Both the position numbers and the translations under genes were made by a program. A DNA stretch of 64,000 bases from Planctomycetota bacterium (GTDB lineage Bacteria; Planctomycetota; GCA-002687715; CAIWVZ01): assembly GCA_044222185.1 (NCBI GenBank), contig JBGANV010000003.1, positions 1 through 64,000 of the forward strand, given 5' to 3'. Under the pieces are notes generated by a model. That model made no database searches and had not been told where the DNA came from. It saw only the letters and a list, made by a program, of their open reading frames with translations. Positions within the stretch are counted from its first letter, which is position 1. The number at the start of each line of letters is the position of its first letter. This document shows positions 1 to 9,835 of this stretch, in pieces.

Positions 1-90
1 CGTCGTGCATCCTCCGATCCCTTCGCGATCGCCACTGCGGCGATCCTTGAAGGGCGAACATCACGAGCGTCGAGGCTTGCCTCTACGACG

Positions 91-139
91 ACCGCCATAT
101 TTTCCGGAAATTACACCGCCATTTTTTCCGGAACCGACA
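91..139. mobile_element. Probable terminus of an IS21-family-like insertion sequence (body lies left of the window)
   Basis: Two 19-bp direct repeats, ACCGCCATATTTTCCGGAA (91-109) and ACCGCCATTTTTTCCGGAA (115-133), 18/19 identical, followed by CCGACA ending at 139 (TGTCGG on the minus strand). Tandem subterminal repeats with TG..CA ends are typical of IS21 ends. No transposase is visible in the window. Confidence 0.5.
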
Positions 140-353
140 CCCCCGGCTCTCCCACTCCGCGTTCAGCGACGAGACGCCCAGCGAGATCTACCACAGCACC
201 GCTGCCGATGCGCAGAAGAGGCCGAGCAAGCAGCGTGCGGGTGCGCGCACCAATCGCCTTGCCGCGAACCGATCTGCGCGCTGTGAGACCCGGACGAGTC
301 CCACGTCGGGGCCTGCAACGGATGCCGCCTGCCGGCCACCATTTCCATGAGCG

Positions 354-512
354 CTACGAAGCACGCCCCCAGGTTGAGACCGCCCATCGCACGATATCGA
401 CGACGACCGCCGAGCTGAGAAGGATGGATAGCAGACCCAAGGTTCGTGCTCGACGTCGTGCTTCAGCCAGTTCGGCGCGCAGTTGCGTCATCTCATCAGG
501 TTCGGTCGGCAT
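354..512 (-). CDS. Small (52 aa) coiled-coil plus single-TM protein
   Basis: Manual translation MPTEPDEMTQLRAELAEARRRARTLGLLSILLSSAVVVDIVRWAVSTWGRAS*, with AGGA upstream of the ATG. Too short for the ORF track. Confidence 0.4.
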   Translation of the reverse strand: MPTEPDEMTQLRAELAEARRRARTLGLLSILLSSAVVVDIVRWAVSTWGRAS

Positions 513-634
513 GAGTCCTGGCCATCGTAGTCTCCACGGAATGATGTCGCGACTGAGGGTCTGGGAAGGCGGCGCCGCCTCGCGTCACTGTGACGGGCTT
601 GAACGACTCCGTGGCCTTGAGGAGGCGCGACATG

Positions 635-1051
635 TCAACCATGGACTTCTGCGGAGAGGTGACAGCAGTATCCCATGCCGTACATCGCCGCCACGACCCC
701 AATGGCGGTCGCTGCGAGACGAACCACTACCACCAGCCCTGGCGCGATCGATGTTGTTCGACTCGGCCTCGTGGCTTCCCACACGCCAATTGCGCTCAAG
801 AGCAAGCAGAACGCGTACGCGCTGATGAACAACGGCGAATCTGAAACCAGACCCGTCACCATCGTGAGTACGAGAGCGGAAAGGGATCGGACGACGATTC
901 CGTGCAGAAGGCCGCCTTTCGCCTGCTCCCCATCGACTCGGCGCGGTCTCACGCGCCGCGCACACTCGCAGACGAGCACCCCACCCATGACTGAGCCCAG
1001 GCTCCAGATGAGGAACCAGACGGTCCCAACGATCTGTTCATCAGCGTCCAG
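635..1051 (-). CDS. Hypothetical membrane protein with about 4 TM segments
   Basis: ORF 635..988 stays open upstream to a CTG at 1051 preceded by GGAGG. The extension adds a hydrophobic stretch (IVGTVWFLIWSLGSVMGGVLV), and three more hydrophobic segments follow. Confidence 0.4.
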   Translation of the reverse strand: MDADEQIVGTVWFLIWSLGSVMGGVLVCECARRVRPRRVDGEQAKGGLLHGIVVRSLSALVLTMVTGLVSDSPLFISAYAFCLLLSAIGVWEATRPSRTTSIAPGLVVVVRLAATAIGVVAAMYGMGYCCHLSAEVHG

Positions 1052-1490
1052 GTTCGTCCCTCCGTGATGGCGCCGCGTCTTCAGGTTGCCGTTTCGGTTG
1101 CGAAGTGCCAGATCGGTCCGCGGTAATGGGGTTCAGGCTCTCGTCGCTCTTCATGGTTCCGTTGCCGGCGCCCTCCTGCGAAGCACGATCGCCGGAGGCG
1201 AGCAGCTTACACGCGAGAAGCGCGCAGAGGACACCCCAACGTCAACGCCCCTGTCGCGACCCGCAGCCATGTGATCGCGGCGTCAGCGCGCTCCTCCGCG
1301 GTGCTCTCCATCGGCCAATTGCTCCTGGTTTTCGACACGATCGACGTCTCCACCATGCGGTGTGCCAGGTCAACGCGGTGATCGCGCGCCGGAAAGTTGG
1401 CGCCCCTGATCGGACAGCGAACCCTTACGGCACCGACGGACACCGCTCGCCTCAACCCACTCGTGTTCGAAGTCGATACGGCTGCGACGA

Positions 1491-3662
1491 TCATTCGCCG
1501 ATCTGGAAGACGCGCCCTCCCGTGAATGCGAAGCCTGGTGTTGGGCCGAGCGGGTCCTCGACTGCCGCCTGGGTCCAAACCGACACGCCGCGAAGCGCCG
1601 GGTCGATGGGGATCGTCAGCTTGAGCGACGCGAATCCGAACGGATTCGCGACGACTTGAAGGATGAGGAAGGGATCGTCGATGTAGAGGACACACCCTCC
1701 CCCGGCGGGACTCGAGGCTGGCGCCGTTGCGAAAGCCAGATGACAGGTGGCGTTTGGTGGAGCGAAATACACGTCGACCACCGAGGCCCTCTCTCCGATC
1801 CGCGGTATCGATTCACGGAGAGCAGGCGGCGTCGCACGAAGCGAGCATGCGGTGCCGACATCCTGCCCCGGAACGGCCGCAATGTCGGCCCCGCTGAGCC
1901 ACGTGTCGGAATTGGCGGTCACCACCCACACGTCCGGTCCCCATGGCGGATTCGGCGTGAATACTGCCTGAACCCCTCCGATGAAGAGCATCCGGCCGCG
2001 CGCGGCGTCGTAAACCATGCCGCCTCCGGCGAACTCAGGGAACGTGCCCTGCGTCAGCACCCACGACGAGCCATCCCATTCCCAGGCGGAAACGAAGTTG
2101 CCTCCATAGGGTCCCCCGCCCCCGACCACCTGGCCTCCGATGAACAGCATCCGCTGGCGCGCGGGGTTCCACGCCATCGTGCCCTCATGGGCGGGACCGT
2201 TGCCTTGCCACCGGAGGACCCAGTTCACCCCATCCCATTCCCAGGTGTCCTGAAAGACGTTCGGTCCGTCGTGTCCGGAAGCGATCACGACGCGGTTCCG
2301 CACCGGGTCGAACGCGCACACCGCCTCCCAACGCGCCGGTGGACGCGTCGTCGGGAAGATCTGCGTCCAGTTCGTGCCGTCCCACTCCCAGGTGTCGTCG
2401 AGCGTGACATCCAAGTTGAGCCCGTCCAGACCAAGCCCTCCGAAGAGGACGACGCGGCTGCGGTGAGCGTCCCAGACCATGCACGGAGCCTCTCGCATCG
2501 GAGGGGACGAACTGGGGAACCGCTGAACCCAGGCCACTCCGTCCCATTCCCAGGTCTCGCCCTGGAACGTCAGGACGACAGTCCGCTGTCTCACGGCATC
2601 GAACGCCATTCCCACGCCGTAGACAGCCGCACTTGGACCGGGGTAGGACCAGCCGAAGCCATCCCATTCCGTGACCGTTCCGTGATAGGCGGCGACGACC
2701 TTCCCGCGGGTCGCGTCATACGCGACGAGCTGCCCCCACGAGAAGCTCGGCATGAGCTCGGGCGTCCGTCGTAACCAATCGACGTTGTCGAACTCCCAGA
2801 TCGCTCCACCGTCGTTCATCACGAGCCGGTCGCGCCACAAGTCGTAGACCATCGACTGCTCGGGAGGCTGGTTGGCCGTCAGCACGGGGTTCCAGGTCGA
2901 TCCGTCCCACTCCCACAATCTGTTCTGATTCGCTCCGCCGAGCTGTACGAGTGCGACGACCCGCTGGCGCGAGAGTGAGTATTCGAGGGTCTTGACCGCT
3001 GGCGCCTGCCCCGGCAGGTTCGTCCATGTGGCGCCGTCCCATTCCCACATCGTCCGGTCGCCACCGATGGCGAAGACGCGCTGGCGGAGGATGTCGTATG
3101 TCATGAGCACGACGCCCTCGGGTGGGTGTACCGGAGTCGCGTGCTGCGTCCAGGATTCGCCGTCCCAGCTCCAGGTGTCGGAGAGCTGGGTGGTCGGGCC
3201 GGGCCAGTTGGAATCGTCGGCCCCTCCAAACAGCAGGGTTTGTCGACGCGCCAGATCGTAGGTCGCGGCATATCGGGTTCTCGACGGCGGATGAACCGAG
3301 GGATTCCTGATGAACCAATGGACGCCGTCGAACTCCCTGGTGGTTCCATTCACGTCGAGGACGACCTGGCGCTGGCGGGCGATGTCGTAGACACCGCCAC
3401 CCCACCGCGACGTGCGGATCAAGTCGCTGCCGTCCCATTCGAACGAAGTCGTTCCACGGAAGAACACGGAGCGACCCCGTGCGACGTCGTAGTACGAGCT
3501 GACGGCAGGCGGCATTCCGCTCCGTCGAGTCCAATCCACGCCTTGGGCGGCAGCAACGGCCGCGAGCAGCAAGACGATCACGGAGAGACGCACGCGGGAC
3601 GAACACCACCTGCGTATCGGTGCGATCGATCGAGGACCGTGGTCCTGTGCGATGGTCTGCAT
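1491..3662 (-). CDS. Exported Kelch-like (W-repeat) beta-propeller protein with C-terminal beta-rich domain
   Basis: AAGGAG before the ATG at 3662; signal peptide (VIVLLLAAVAAAQ); more than ten repeats of YD..R.R.vlFGG...TWEWDG..W; C-terminal TIPIDPALRGVSVWTQAAVEDP. Confidence 0.8.
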   Translation of the reverse strand: MQTIAQDHGPRSIAPIRRWCSSRVRLSVIVLLLAAVAAAQGVDWTRRSGMPPAVSSYYDVARGRSVFFRGTTSFEWDGSDLIRTSRWGGGVYDIARQRQVVLDVNGTTREFDGVHWFIRNPSVHPPSRTRYAATYDLARRQTLLFGGADDSNWPGPTTQLSDTWSWDGESWTQHATPVHPPEGVVLMTYDILRQRVFAIGGDRTMWEWDGATWTNLPGQAPAVKTLEYSLSRQRVVALVQLGGANQNRLWEWDGSTWNPVLTANQPPEQSMVYDLWRDRLVMNDGGAIWEFDNVDWLRRTPELMPSFSWGQLVAYDATRGKVVAAYHGTVTEWDGFGWSYPGPSAAVYGVGMAFDAVRQRTVVLTFQGETWEWDGVAWVQRFPSSSPPMREAPCMVWDAHRSRVVLFGGLGLDGLNLDVTLDDTWEWDGTNWTQIFPTTRPPARWEAVCAFDPVRNRVVIASGHDGPNVFQDTWEWDGVNWVLRWQGNGPAHEGTMAWNPARQRMLFIGGQVVGGGGPYGGNFVSAWEWDGSSWVLTQGTFPEFAGGGMVYDAARGRMLFIGGVQAVFTPNPPWGPDVWVVTANSDTWLSGADIAAVPGQDVGTACSLRATPPALRESIPRIGERASVVDVYFAPPNATCHLAFATAPASSPAGGGCVLYIDDPFLILQVVANPFGFASLKLTIPIDPALRGVSVWTQAAVEDPLGPTPGFAFTGGRVFQIGE

Positions 3663-4144
3663 GTTCGACTCCTTCTTGCCGCGCGCCATGCGCGCATTCG
3701 GGCGGTCGGCCCGACGTCGGTCTCGGCCGCCGTGTCGTCCGGCCTTGCTATGCACTCGTGTCCGGGCACCTTCATGCGGCTGGAAGACCGACTCCGCCTG
3801 ACGTCATCGAAGGGGTTTCGAGAGATGCGGCGTTCACGCGCGGATCTCCAGGCGAATCCTCTGCATTCGCGACTCGATGCCCGCTTCGAATCTGGCTCGC
3901 GCACGCCATCGCTGCCATACGCAGTCGAGCCCACTCCGTGAAGCGAAGCCGGATCGAGCGTCGGCAGCGAAGAACCGCGAGGTCCCGGCCACGAACGAGA
4001 CGCGTGGCGACAACTTGGGGTCGAGCCGCCGCGTCGAGGAATGAGAACCAACGACGGCGCGCGACGTCCTGGCCCGCGCCCCGCGGATCGGACTCGTGCC
4101 TTCCCGCGATGCCCACGAAACGCCGACGGTGTCGCGCGCGACCG

Positions 4145-5905
4145 TCAGAACGAGATCTCGGCCAGGGTCGTTTGCCCGGCCGCCACGGTGATCCACTGCG
4201 TGACGGTCTGGTCGTTCGCGATGGCAACGAGTTGATGAATGCCGGGAGCGATGACCCCGCAGCCGCGGGTGGAGGCGGCGGCTGCTGCCCGCGCGGAGGC
4301 GACCCGGTCTGACGTCGAGGTCGGCTCGGAGGCCGAGGCCCCGAGGCCCCCACGGCCGACGACGATGCTGCCCACCGAGAAGCGGATGCTCGCGAGGGGA
4401 GCCCGCGACAGGGCGGTGCCGGACGCGACCATCGCGCCCGATGCGTCGCGCAGCGACCACGCGGCGGTCTCCGGCGAGCGATCTCCCTCGGCAAGCTGAA
4501 CGTCCACGCGTCCACCGAGCATCGCATCCACGGTCGCTCGCACGAGACCGCTTCGCGGAAGCTCGACCGTCGTCTGCGTGGGAAGGAGCCATGAGTCGGT
4601 CGCCGCCGGAAGGATCGCCACGAGGTATTGGCCTGGCGGATACGGGACGACGGGCAGGACGAATTCCTCGTCGGAAATCGCGGTTGCGCGGAGCCGGAAG
4701 CGAAGCTCTTGAGTCAGCTGCGACCCAGCGGCGTCGGCGGCGTCGGCGCGGAAGAAGCGCAGCGCGACTTCCTTCAGCGCGAGTGCAGCCGCGCCGCGAA
4801 GGCGGAGACGCAGCTCGGCGTGCGGGGCTCGTTTCAGCTCCAGGTTCACCGCGCGCGTCTCGCCGCCGGCGAGCGGTGGGACGACGCATTCCGCCTGCTC
4901 GAATCCAAGACACGTGGCCTGAACCGTGTGCTCGGTCCGCGCCAGGACGCGCACGGACCAGGGCTCGCCCAGTCGTCCCCGGATGGCCGTGCCGAGCGCG
5001 TCCTCGAGCGACGCGATCGAGTCGCGAAGCAGTGCGCCACCGCCGTCGACGACACGGAACTGGATCGTCGCGGTCGCCGCTCCCAGTTCGACTCCCGTCG
5101 ATGGAGCGACGACGTCCGTCGACCACTCGTTGATCAGGGCGCGTGCCCCAGGAGCCTGTCCCAGTTGAACGGTCACTGCATACGTCGCGCGCGCCAGCCC
5201 CCGAAGGACGAACCGGCCGCCGGCATCACAGACGGTGGATGCGACCTTCGCCTCGAATGCACCCGCCTCCCACCAGAGCTCGGTCGTGTCGACGAGGTGG
5301 CCGGGCGTTCCGAAGCTCCGGTCGGCGAGGAGCGAGGCGTGTGCGCTCGGGTTCTCGTTCTCCTTCACGGTGCCCGAGATGGTCGCCCCCTCACCCAACG
5401 TCAGTGCAACGGGCGGAATCGGCCCGCCGCCGATCGTGAGTCGCGCGGTCGTCGGTCGCCGCTCGGATCGGAAGGCGACGATGGCGCGGTCGCCTTCTTG
5501 GAGCGGTGCGCTGAAACGGAACGCGCCATCGACGCCGGTCCGAGTGGACGTGAGCGCCTCCTCCGCGGGCGTGTCGCCATCCATCGCGAAGATGGCCACC
5601 ACGACGTCCGACGCCGGGGTCCTATCGAAGTCCAGCACGATGCCCGTCAACGCGCCGGCGTCGTCCGCGGGGCCGGCTTGCGCCGCCGCGTCTTCGACGA
5701 ACGGCTTGGGCCGAAGCACCCCCCCAGGTGTTCCGTGAACGGACGCTGCGGTTCCGCGGGATTCGACGCTCGGCGCAGGTCCCATGACATCCAACCCGGG
5801 CGCGCGGTCTCCGCGGGCGACAGGCTCGTCCAGGATCCAGCGGGCGGCGAATCCGATCCCGAGGATGAGCAACAGGAGGCCCATACCAACATGAGATCGC
5901 CGCAT
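4145..5905 (-). CDS. Membrane-anchored protein with carboxypeptidase-regulatory-like (beta-sandwich) repeats
   Basis: N-terminal TM (GLLLLILGIGFAARW); repeated LTGIVLD...TGVDGAFRF and ISGTVK...CDAGGRFVLRGL patterns. Confidence 0.7.
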   Translation of the reverse strand: MRRSHVGMGLLLLILGIGFAARWILDEPVARGDRAPGLDVMGPAPSVESRGTAASVHGTPGGVLRPKPFVEDAAAQAGPADDAGALTGIVLDFDRTPASDVVVAIFAMDGDTPAEEALTSTRTGVDGAFRFSAPLQEGDRAIVAFRSERRPTTARLTIGGGPIPPVALTLGEGATISGTVKENENPSAHASLLADRSFGTPGHLVDTTELWWEAGAFEAKVASTVCDAGGRFVLRGLARATYAVTVQLGQAPGARALINEWSTDVVAPSTGVELGAATATIQFRVVDGGGALLRDSIASLEDALGTAIRGRLGEPWSVRVLARTEHTVQATCLGFEQAECVVPPLAGGETRAVNLELKRAPHAELRLRLRGAAALALKEVALRFFRADAADAAGSQLTQELRFRLRATAISDEEFVLPVVPYPPGQYLVAILPAATDSWLLPTQTTVELPRSGLVRATVDAMLGGRVDVQLAEGDRSPETAAWSLRDASGAMVASGTALSRAPLASIRFSVGSIVVGRGGLGASASEPTSTSDRVASARAAAAASTRGCGVIAPGIHQLVAIANDQTVTQWITVAAGQTTLAEISF

Positions 5906-6103
5906 GACCGCCAGATCCTACACCCCCTCGGATCCGCTTCTTTCCTGGCGCGGGCCCACGACTGGTCGCCGCGCCGAGCACCGGACGTCGTCTCGGGGCA
6001 CCAGACTCGACGTGAAATCGAGCCGGTCCGGGCTCCGTCGACGGCACGCGAAGTACCATGCGGCCCTCGACCTTCGTCCACGCGGAACACATCGGAACGA
6101 CCC

Positions 6104-6835
6104 ATGCATCCCGAACCTCCTGCTCAACAGACCTCCGTGGACCGAATCACCGACGACATCCATCGGATCTCGACGGCCGTCCAACTTCCGGACGGCGCCG
6201 CCTTCAACTTCAACCAGTACCTCATCGTCGACGAGCACCCGCTGCTCCATCACACGGGGCCACGCAAGTTGTTCGCCGCGACGCGACGGGCCATCGAAAG
6301 TGTCATGCCGATCGAGCGGCTGCGTTTCGTGTCGTTCTCTCACTTCGAAGCGGACGAGTGCGGCGCGTTGAACGAGTTCCTCGCCGTGGCACCCGATGCG
6401 CAGCCGTTGTGCGGTGAGGTTGCGGCCCTCGTCTCCGTCGAGGACTTCGCGGATCGCCCGCCGCGCGCGCTGAAGGACGGCGAGGAGATCGTTCTCGGTC
6501 GGCGTCGCGTCCGCTGGTTCTCGACCCCACACCTGCCCCACGGATGGGAGTGTGGCCACCTGTTCGAATCCACGACCGCGACGTTGTTCTGCGGTGACCT
6601 TTTCACGCAGGGCGGCGACGGCAAGCCTGCCGTCACGACCGGCGACATCCTGGATTCGAGCGAGGCGTTCCGCGCTCAGATGGACTACTACGCCCACACC
6701 CTCGGCGCGCGACTGAGCTTCGAGCGCCTCGCATCCGTCCGTCCCCGCATCCTCGCCTGCATGCACGGCAGCGCGTGGATGGGCGACGGCGCGGCGCTTC
6801 TGCTCGCGCTCGCCGACCGCGTCGGGGCGCGGTAG
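6104..6835 (+). CDS. Metallo-beta-lactamase-fold di-iron protein (FprA/ODP-like, no flavodoxin domain)
   Basis: FNQYLI, SHFEADECG (HxExD), TPHLPH, FCGDLF and CMHG motifs. Real start is the ATG at 6104; the upstream part of ORF 4628..6835 is an antisense shadow. Confidence 0.85.
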   Translation: MHPEPPAQQTSVDRITDDIHRISTAVQLPDGAAFNFNQYLIVDEHPLLHHTGPRKLFAATRRAIESVMPIERLRFVSFSHFEADECGALNEFLAVAPDAQPLCGEVAALVSVEDFADRPPRALKDGEEIVLGRRRVRWFSTPHLPHGWECGHLFESTTATLFCGDLFTQGGDGKPAVTTGDILDSSEAFRAQMDYYAHTLGARLSFERLASVRPRILACMHGSAWMGDGAALLLALADRVGAR

Positions 6836-7130
6836 CGCCGGGCCACACCGTGCCGCATCCCGACGCCGCGGCACCTGCCGATGGAGGGACAGTGGTCAAG
6901 CGCCAGGGTCCCCCGCTTGGCGCGACCGCGTGAGCGAACGCGCTGATCGGACGACACGGGGCGCGGATTTCACGCGTCCGGCCCGGCCGACCTCGGACGC
7001 GGGCATGGGCAGGCGCGTCGAACCCGGCGGCTGACAGCTGGAAAAAAGCGCCACGAACGGACCGCCCTGTAAGGAACGTGGCACTCGCCCCATTTCCAAC
7101 GCACGGCGCAGGTCGCGTCCGGAGAACGAG

Positions 7131-9122
7131 ATGAATCCTTGCATGAAAGCTGGCACTGCGGTTCTTACCTGTTGGCTCGGCATCGCGGCCGGGCGCGCGG
7201 ACGGCCAGTCGATCCTGACGTTCGTGAACGAGGTCGTGACGAGAAGCGGAACGCCCGTGCCTGGGATCCCCGGGGCGTCTTTCTCCGGTGCGGCGGGGCT
7301 CAGTCGCCCAACCATGCAAGACGACGGGCGAGTGCTCTTCACGGCGCAATTCTTCGGCGGCGGAGCCCAGTTCGGAGTGAACGATCGCGCCTTGTTCTGG
7401 GGCGACAGATCCAATCTCCAGAAGCTCGTGCGCCTCGGTGACACCGAGCCGTCGGGGTCGCTTCCCGGCGCGACGATCACGCAGATCTTCCCGGACCACG
7501 CACTCGGCGCGAACGGGACGATGATGTTCGGCGGCCGAGTCGCGGGTCCGGGGATCACGTTCTCCAACGACGGGGTGCTGTATGCCGGAACTCCTGGAGC
7601 GTTCCAGATCATCGCGCGCGAGGGCAGTCAGGCGCCCGGCTGCCCCCCGGGAACGACCTTCGTGGGACAGGACTTCGGCCAGACCCAGGGCATCCTCAGC
7701 GTCAACGCCCAGGGCCACGTCGCGTTCACGGCCACGGTGACAGGAGCGATCACGGGCACCGCGGTGTTCGCCGGCCCGCCGAATGCCCTCGTCCGAGTGT
7801 TGTCGGAGGGCGAAGTCGTGGGCCCCAATCTGACCGTGAACGCCCTCCCCACGAACGTCCAGATCAACTCCGCCGGACAGGTCCTCGCCGACCTCGTCAA
7901 CTACCAGTCGGTGGTCATCAACAACCAGAGCATCGTGGGGCCGGACAACAACGCATCGGTCTGGCTGTATACGCCAGGTGCGGGGAAGCAGCAGGTCATC
8001 CGCGAGGGTCAGACCTCGCCGATCGCCGGAGCCAAGTACGCGGACCTCTTTCACGGAGGGACGACGTTGAAGTGCAGCTTCAACGCCGCAGGTCAGACCT
8101 TGCTCCGGAGCGGGCTCGCCAACATCGGCACCGGCACTGCAGTGACGGCGGGTGTGAACGACCAGATCATCCTGCTCGTCTCGCCGACGAGCCAAGCGCT
8201 CGTTGCGCGCAAGGGAGATCCGGCTCCGGGGATCCCGGGAGCGACCCTGCAACTCGTCAACGGGGACATCGAATTGCGGCTCAACGACGCCGGATCGATC
8301 TGCTTCAGCAGTCCGATCGGCGGTGTCGGCGTGTCGAACTCGAACGACACGGCAATGTGGATGGGCGTCCCCGGGAACCTCACGCTCGTCGCGCGTGAAG
8401 GGAACGTCGCCCCCGGAACGGGTGGACTCACGTTCGGCGACATGCCGGATTCGAAACTCCTGAACGCCAACGGTCAGGTCGTTTTCCTCAGCAACCTCAA
8501 CGGCGGCGGGTCTTCGCCAACGCCATCCCTGTGGAGCTGGGACGCCGTCGCCGGACTCCAGCTCGTGTGGCTCTTCAGCGACGCCCTCGTCGTAGGCCCT
8601 GGGCCCGTCCAACCGGTCGGAGGGGTGCAGTTCCTCGCCCACACGAACGGAGATGCGCGGTCGGCCGCGTTTGGCGATGACGGGACTCTCGCTTTGCTCG
8701 CCGACTTCGGTGTCGTGAAGACGCGCATTGGATCATTGACGGGAGCGCCGAAGACCGTCTCGGCTGCGGTCGGAGGAACGCACACGTTGTTCCTGAACGC
8801 GACGGCGGCGCACGCGGGCGAGCCTTACTTGCTCGTCGGGTCCGCGAGCGGAACCACCCCTGGCTTCAACGTGGGACCCTTCCACGTCCCGCTGAATCTC
8901 GACTTCTACACGGACCTCATGGTCGCCGGCCCGAATGCGCCGCCGTTCGGAAACAACGTCGGAGTCCTCAACTCCTCGGGCAGAGCGGTCGCGACGGTCA
9001 CGATCCCGCCGGCAATCCCGGGAATCGCTGGCGTGGTTCTCAATCACGCATTCGCCTCCGTGAACGGAGCGGGCGCGCTCTCGTTCGTCAGCGAAGCCGC
9101 GTCGCTCACGATCGTGCCGTGA
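7131..9122 (+). CDS. Exported NxxGxxAF tandem-repeat (beta-propeller-type) protein with C-terminal domain
   Basis: Signal peptide; repeats NAQGHVAF, NSAGQVL, NAAGQTL, NDAGSICF and NANGQVVF alternating with AREG..APG; C-terminal GRAVATVTIPPAIPGIAGVVLNHA. Confidence 0.8.
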   Translation: MNPCMKAGTAVLTCWLGIAAGRADGQSILTFVNEVVTRSGTPVPGIPGASFSGAAGLSRPTMQDDGRVLFTAQFFGGGAQFGVNDRALFWGDRSNLQKLVRLGDTEPSGSLPGATITQIFPDHALGANGTMMFGGRVAGPGITFSNDGVLYAGTPGAFQIIAREGSQAPGCPPGTTFVGQDFGQTQGILSVNAQGHVAFTATVTGAITGTAVFAGPPNALVRVLSEGEVVGPNLTVNALPTNVQINSAGQVLADLVNYQSVVINNQSIVGPDNNASVWLYTPGAGKQQVIREGQTSPIAGAKYADLFHGGTTLKCSFNAAGQTLLRSGLANIGTGTAVTAGVNDQIILLVSPTSQALVARKGDPAPGIPGATLQLVNGDIELRLNDAGSICFSSPIGGVGVSNSNDTAMWMGVPGNLTLVAREGNVAPGTGGLTFGDMPDSKLLNANGQVVFLSNLNGGGSSPTPSLWSWDAVAGLQLVWLFSDALVVGPGPVQPVGGVQFLAHTNGDARSAAFGDDGTLALLADFGVVKTRIGSLTGAPKTVSAAVGGTHTLFLNATAAHAGEPYLLVGSASGTTPGFNVGPFHVPLNLDFYTDLMVAGPNAPPFGNNVGVLNSSGRAVATVTIPPAIPGIAGVVLNHAFASVNGAGALSFVSEAASLTIVP

Positions 9123-9403
9123 TTCCGGTTCGGAACACGTCGCGCTCCAAGAAGCGAGCGCCGCCTGAAAACCCCGGAGGGCGCGCGGGCCGGCCGAGAC
9201 GCGCGTGAGATGCAACAGCCGCGGCGACCGGGTCGGCGGCCGCGCCGAGCGAGATCGCCAGCGTGTTCGATACAGGGGCGACGGACCTGCGCCGCTGGCG
9301 TCTCGGAACACAGTCCATCGCGCGCATCGCGGTTCCGGAGTTTCGCGACTCCGCGAGAATGGCCGCGATCGACCGCGGAGCTCCGGGCTCGTACGCTTTT
9401 GGA

Positions 9404-9835
9404 ATGGTTGATCAAGAAACCGAGCAAGGCCTGGAGCGATCGCCGGAGAACTACCGCGAACTTCAATCGATGGTCCACTATGCGGACCCGCTCTTCATCG
9501 GGCGGAACAGCGCGTGGATCGGCTCCCAGGCCGTGATCCTCGCGCTCGCCATTGCGCAGTTCGAGCGCGTGCCGACGGGCATGCTCCTGACGCTGGCGTC
9601 GACCGGAGTGCTCGTCTCCGTGTTCTGGCTCCTCATCGCCAAGTCGCTGGGAGGCCGGATCACCTGGCTGGACGACGAGCTGTGCAGGTACCCCGGCTCG
9701 ATTCACGCCCGCTACCTCGGCGATCACCGGTCGGCGATTTCGCGCCGCACGAGCTTTCGCCTCATGATCTACGCCCTGCCTGCCACATTCGCGGGAACGT
9801 GGATCATGCTGGGAATCATCAAGTGCAACCTGTAG
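9404..9835 (+). CDS. Small 3-TM membrane protein (RipA-like pattern)
   Basis: About 143 aa: helix with Y..R.N, a TM hairpin ending GVLVSVFW, a soluble helix, and a final TM with LPATFAGTW. Start position uncertain. Confidence 0.6.
   Translation: MVDQETEQGLERSPENYRELQSMVHYADPLFIGRNSAWIGSQAVILALAIAQFERVPTGMLLTLASTGVLVSVFWLLIAKSLGGRITWLDDELCRYPGSIHARYLGDHRSAISRRTSFRLMIYALPATFAGTWIMLGIIKCNL

Noticed and set aside
1900-3500. Recurring DNA words (GTCCCATTCCCA-like) suggesting a repeat array or CRISPR
   Set aside because: They encode the WEWDG protein repeats and are degenerate at wobble positions, with no constant repeat-spacer structure.
4628-6103. N-terminal 492 aa of ORF 4628..6835 as a fusion to the MBL domain
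   Set aside because: Overlaps the minus-strand gene 4145..5905; protein-like sequence only begins at the ATG at 6104.
7079-7095. TGGCAC upstream of the 7131 gene as a sigma-54 promoter
   Set aside because: No GC at the -12 position with the required 10-nt spacing.
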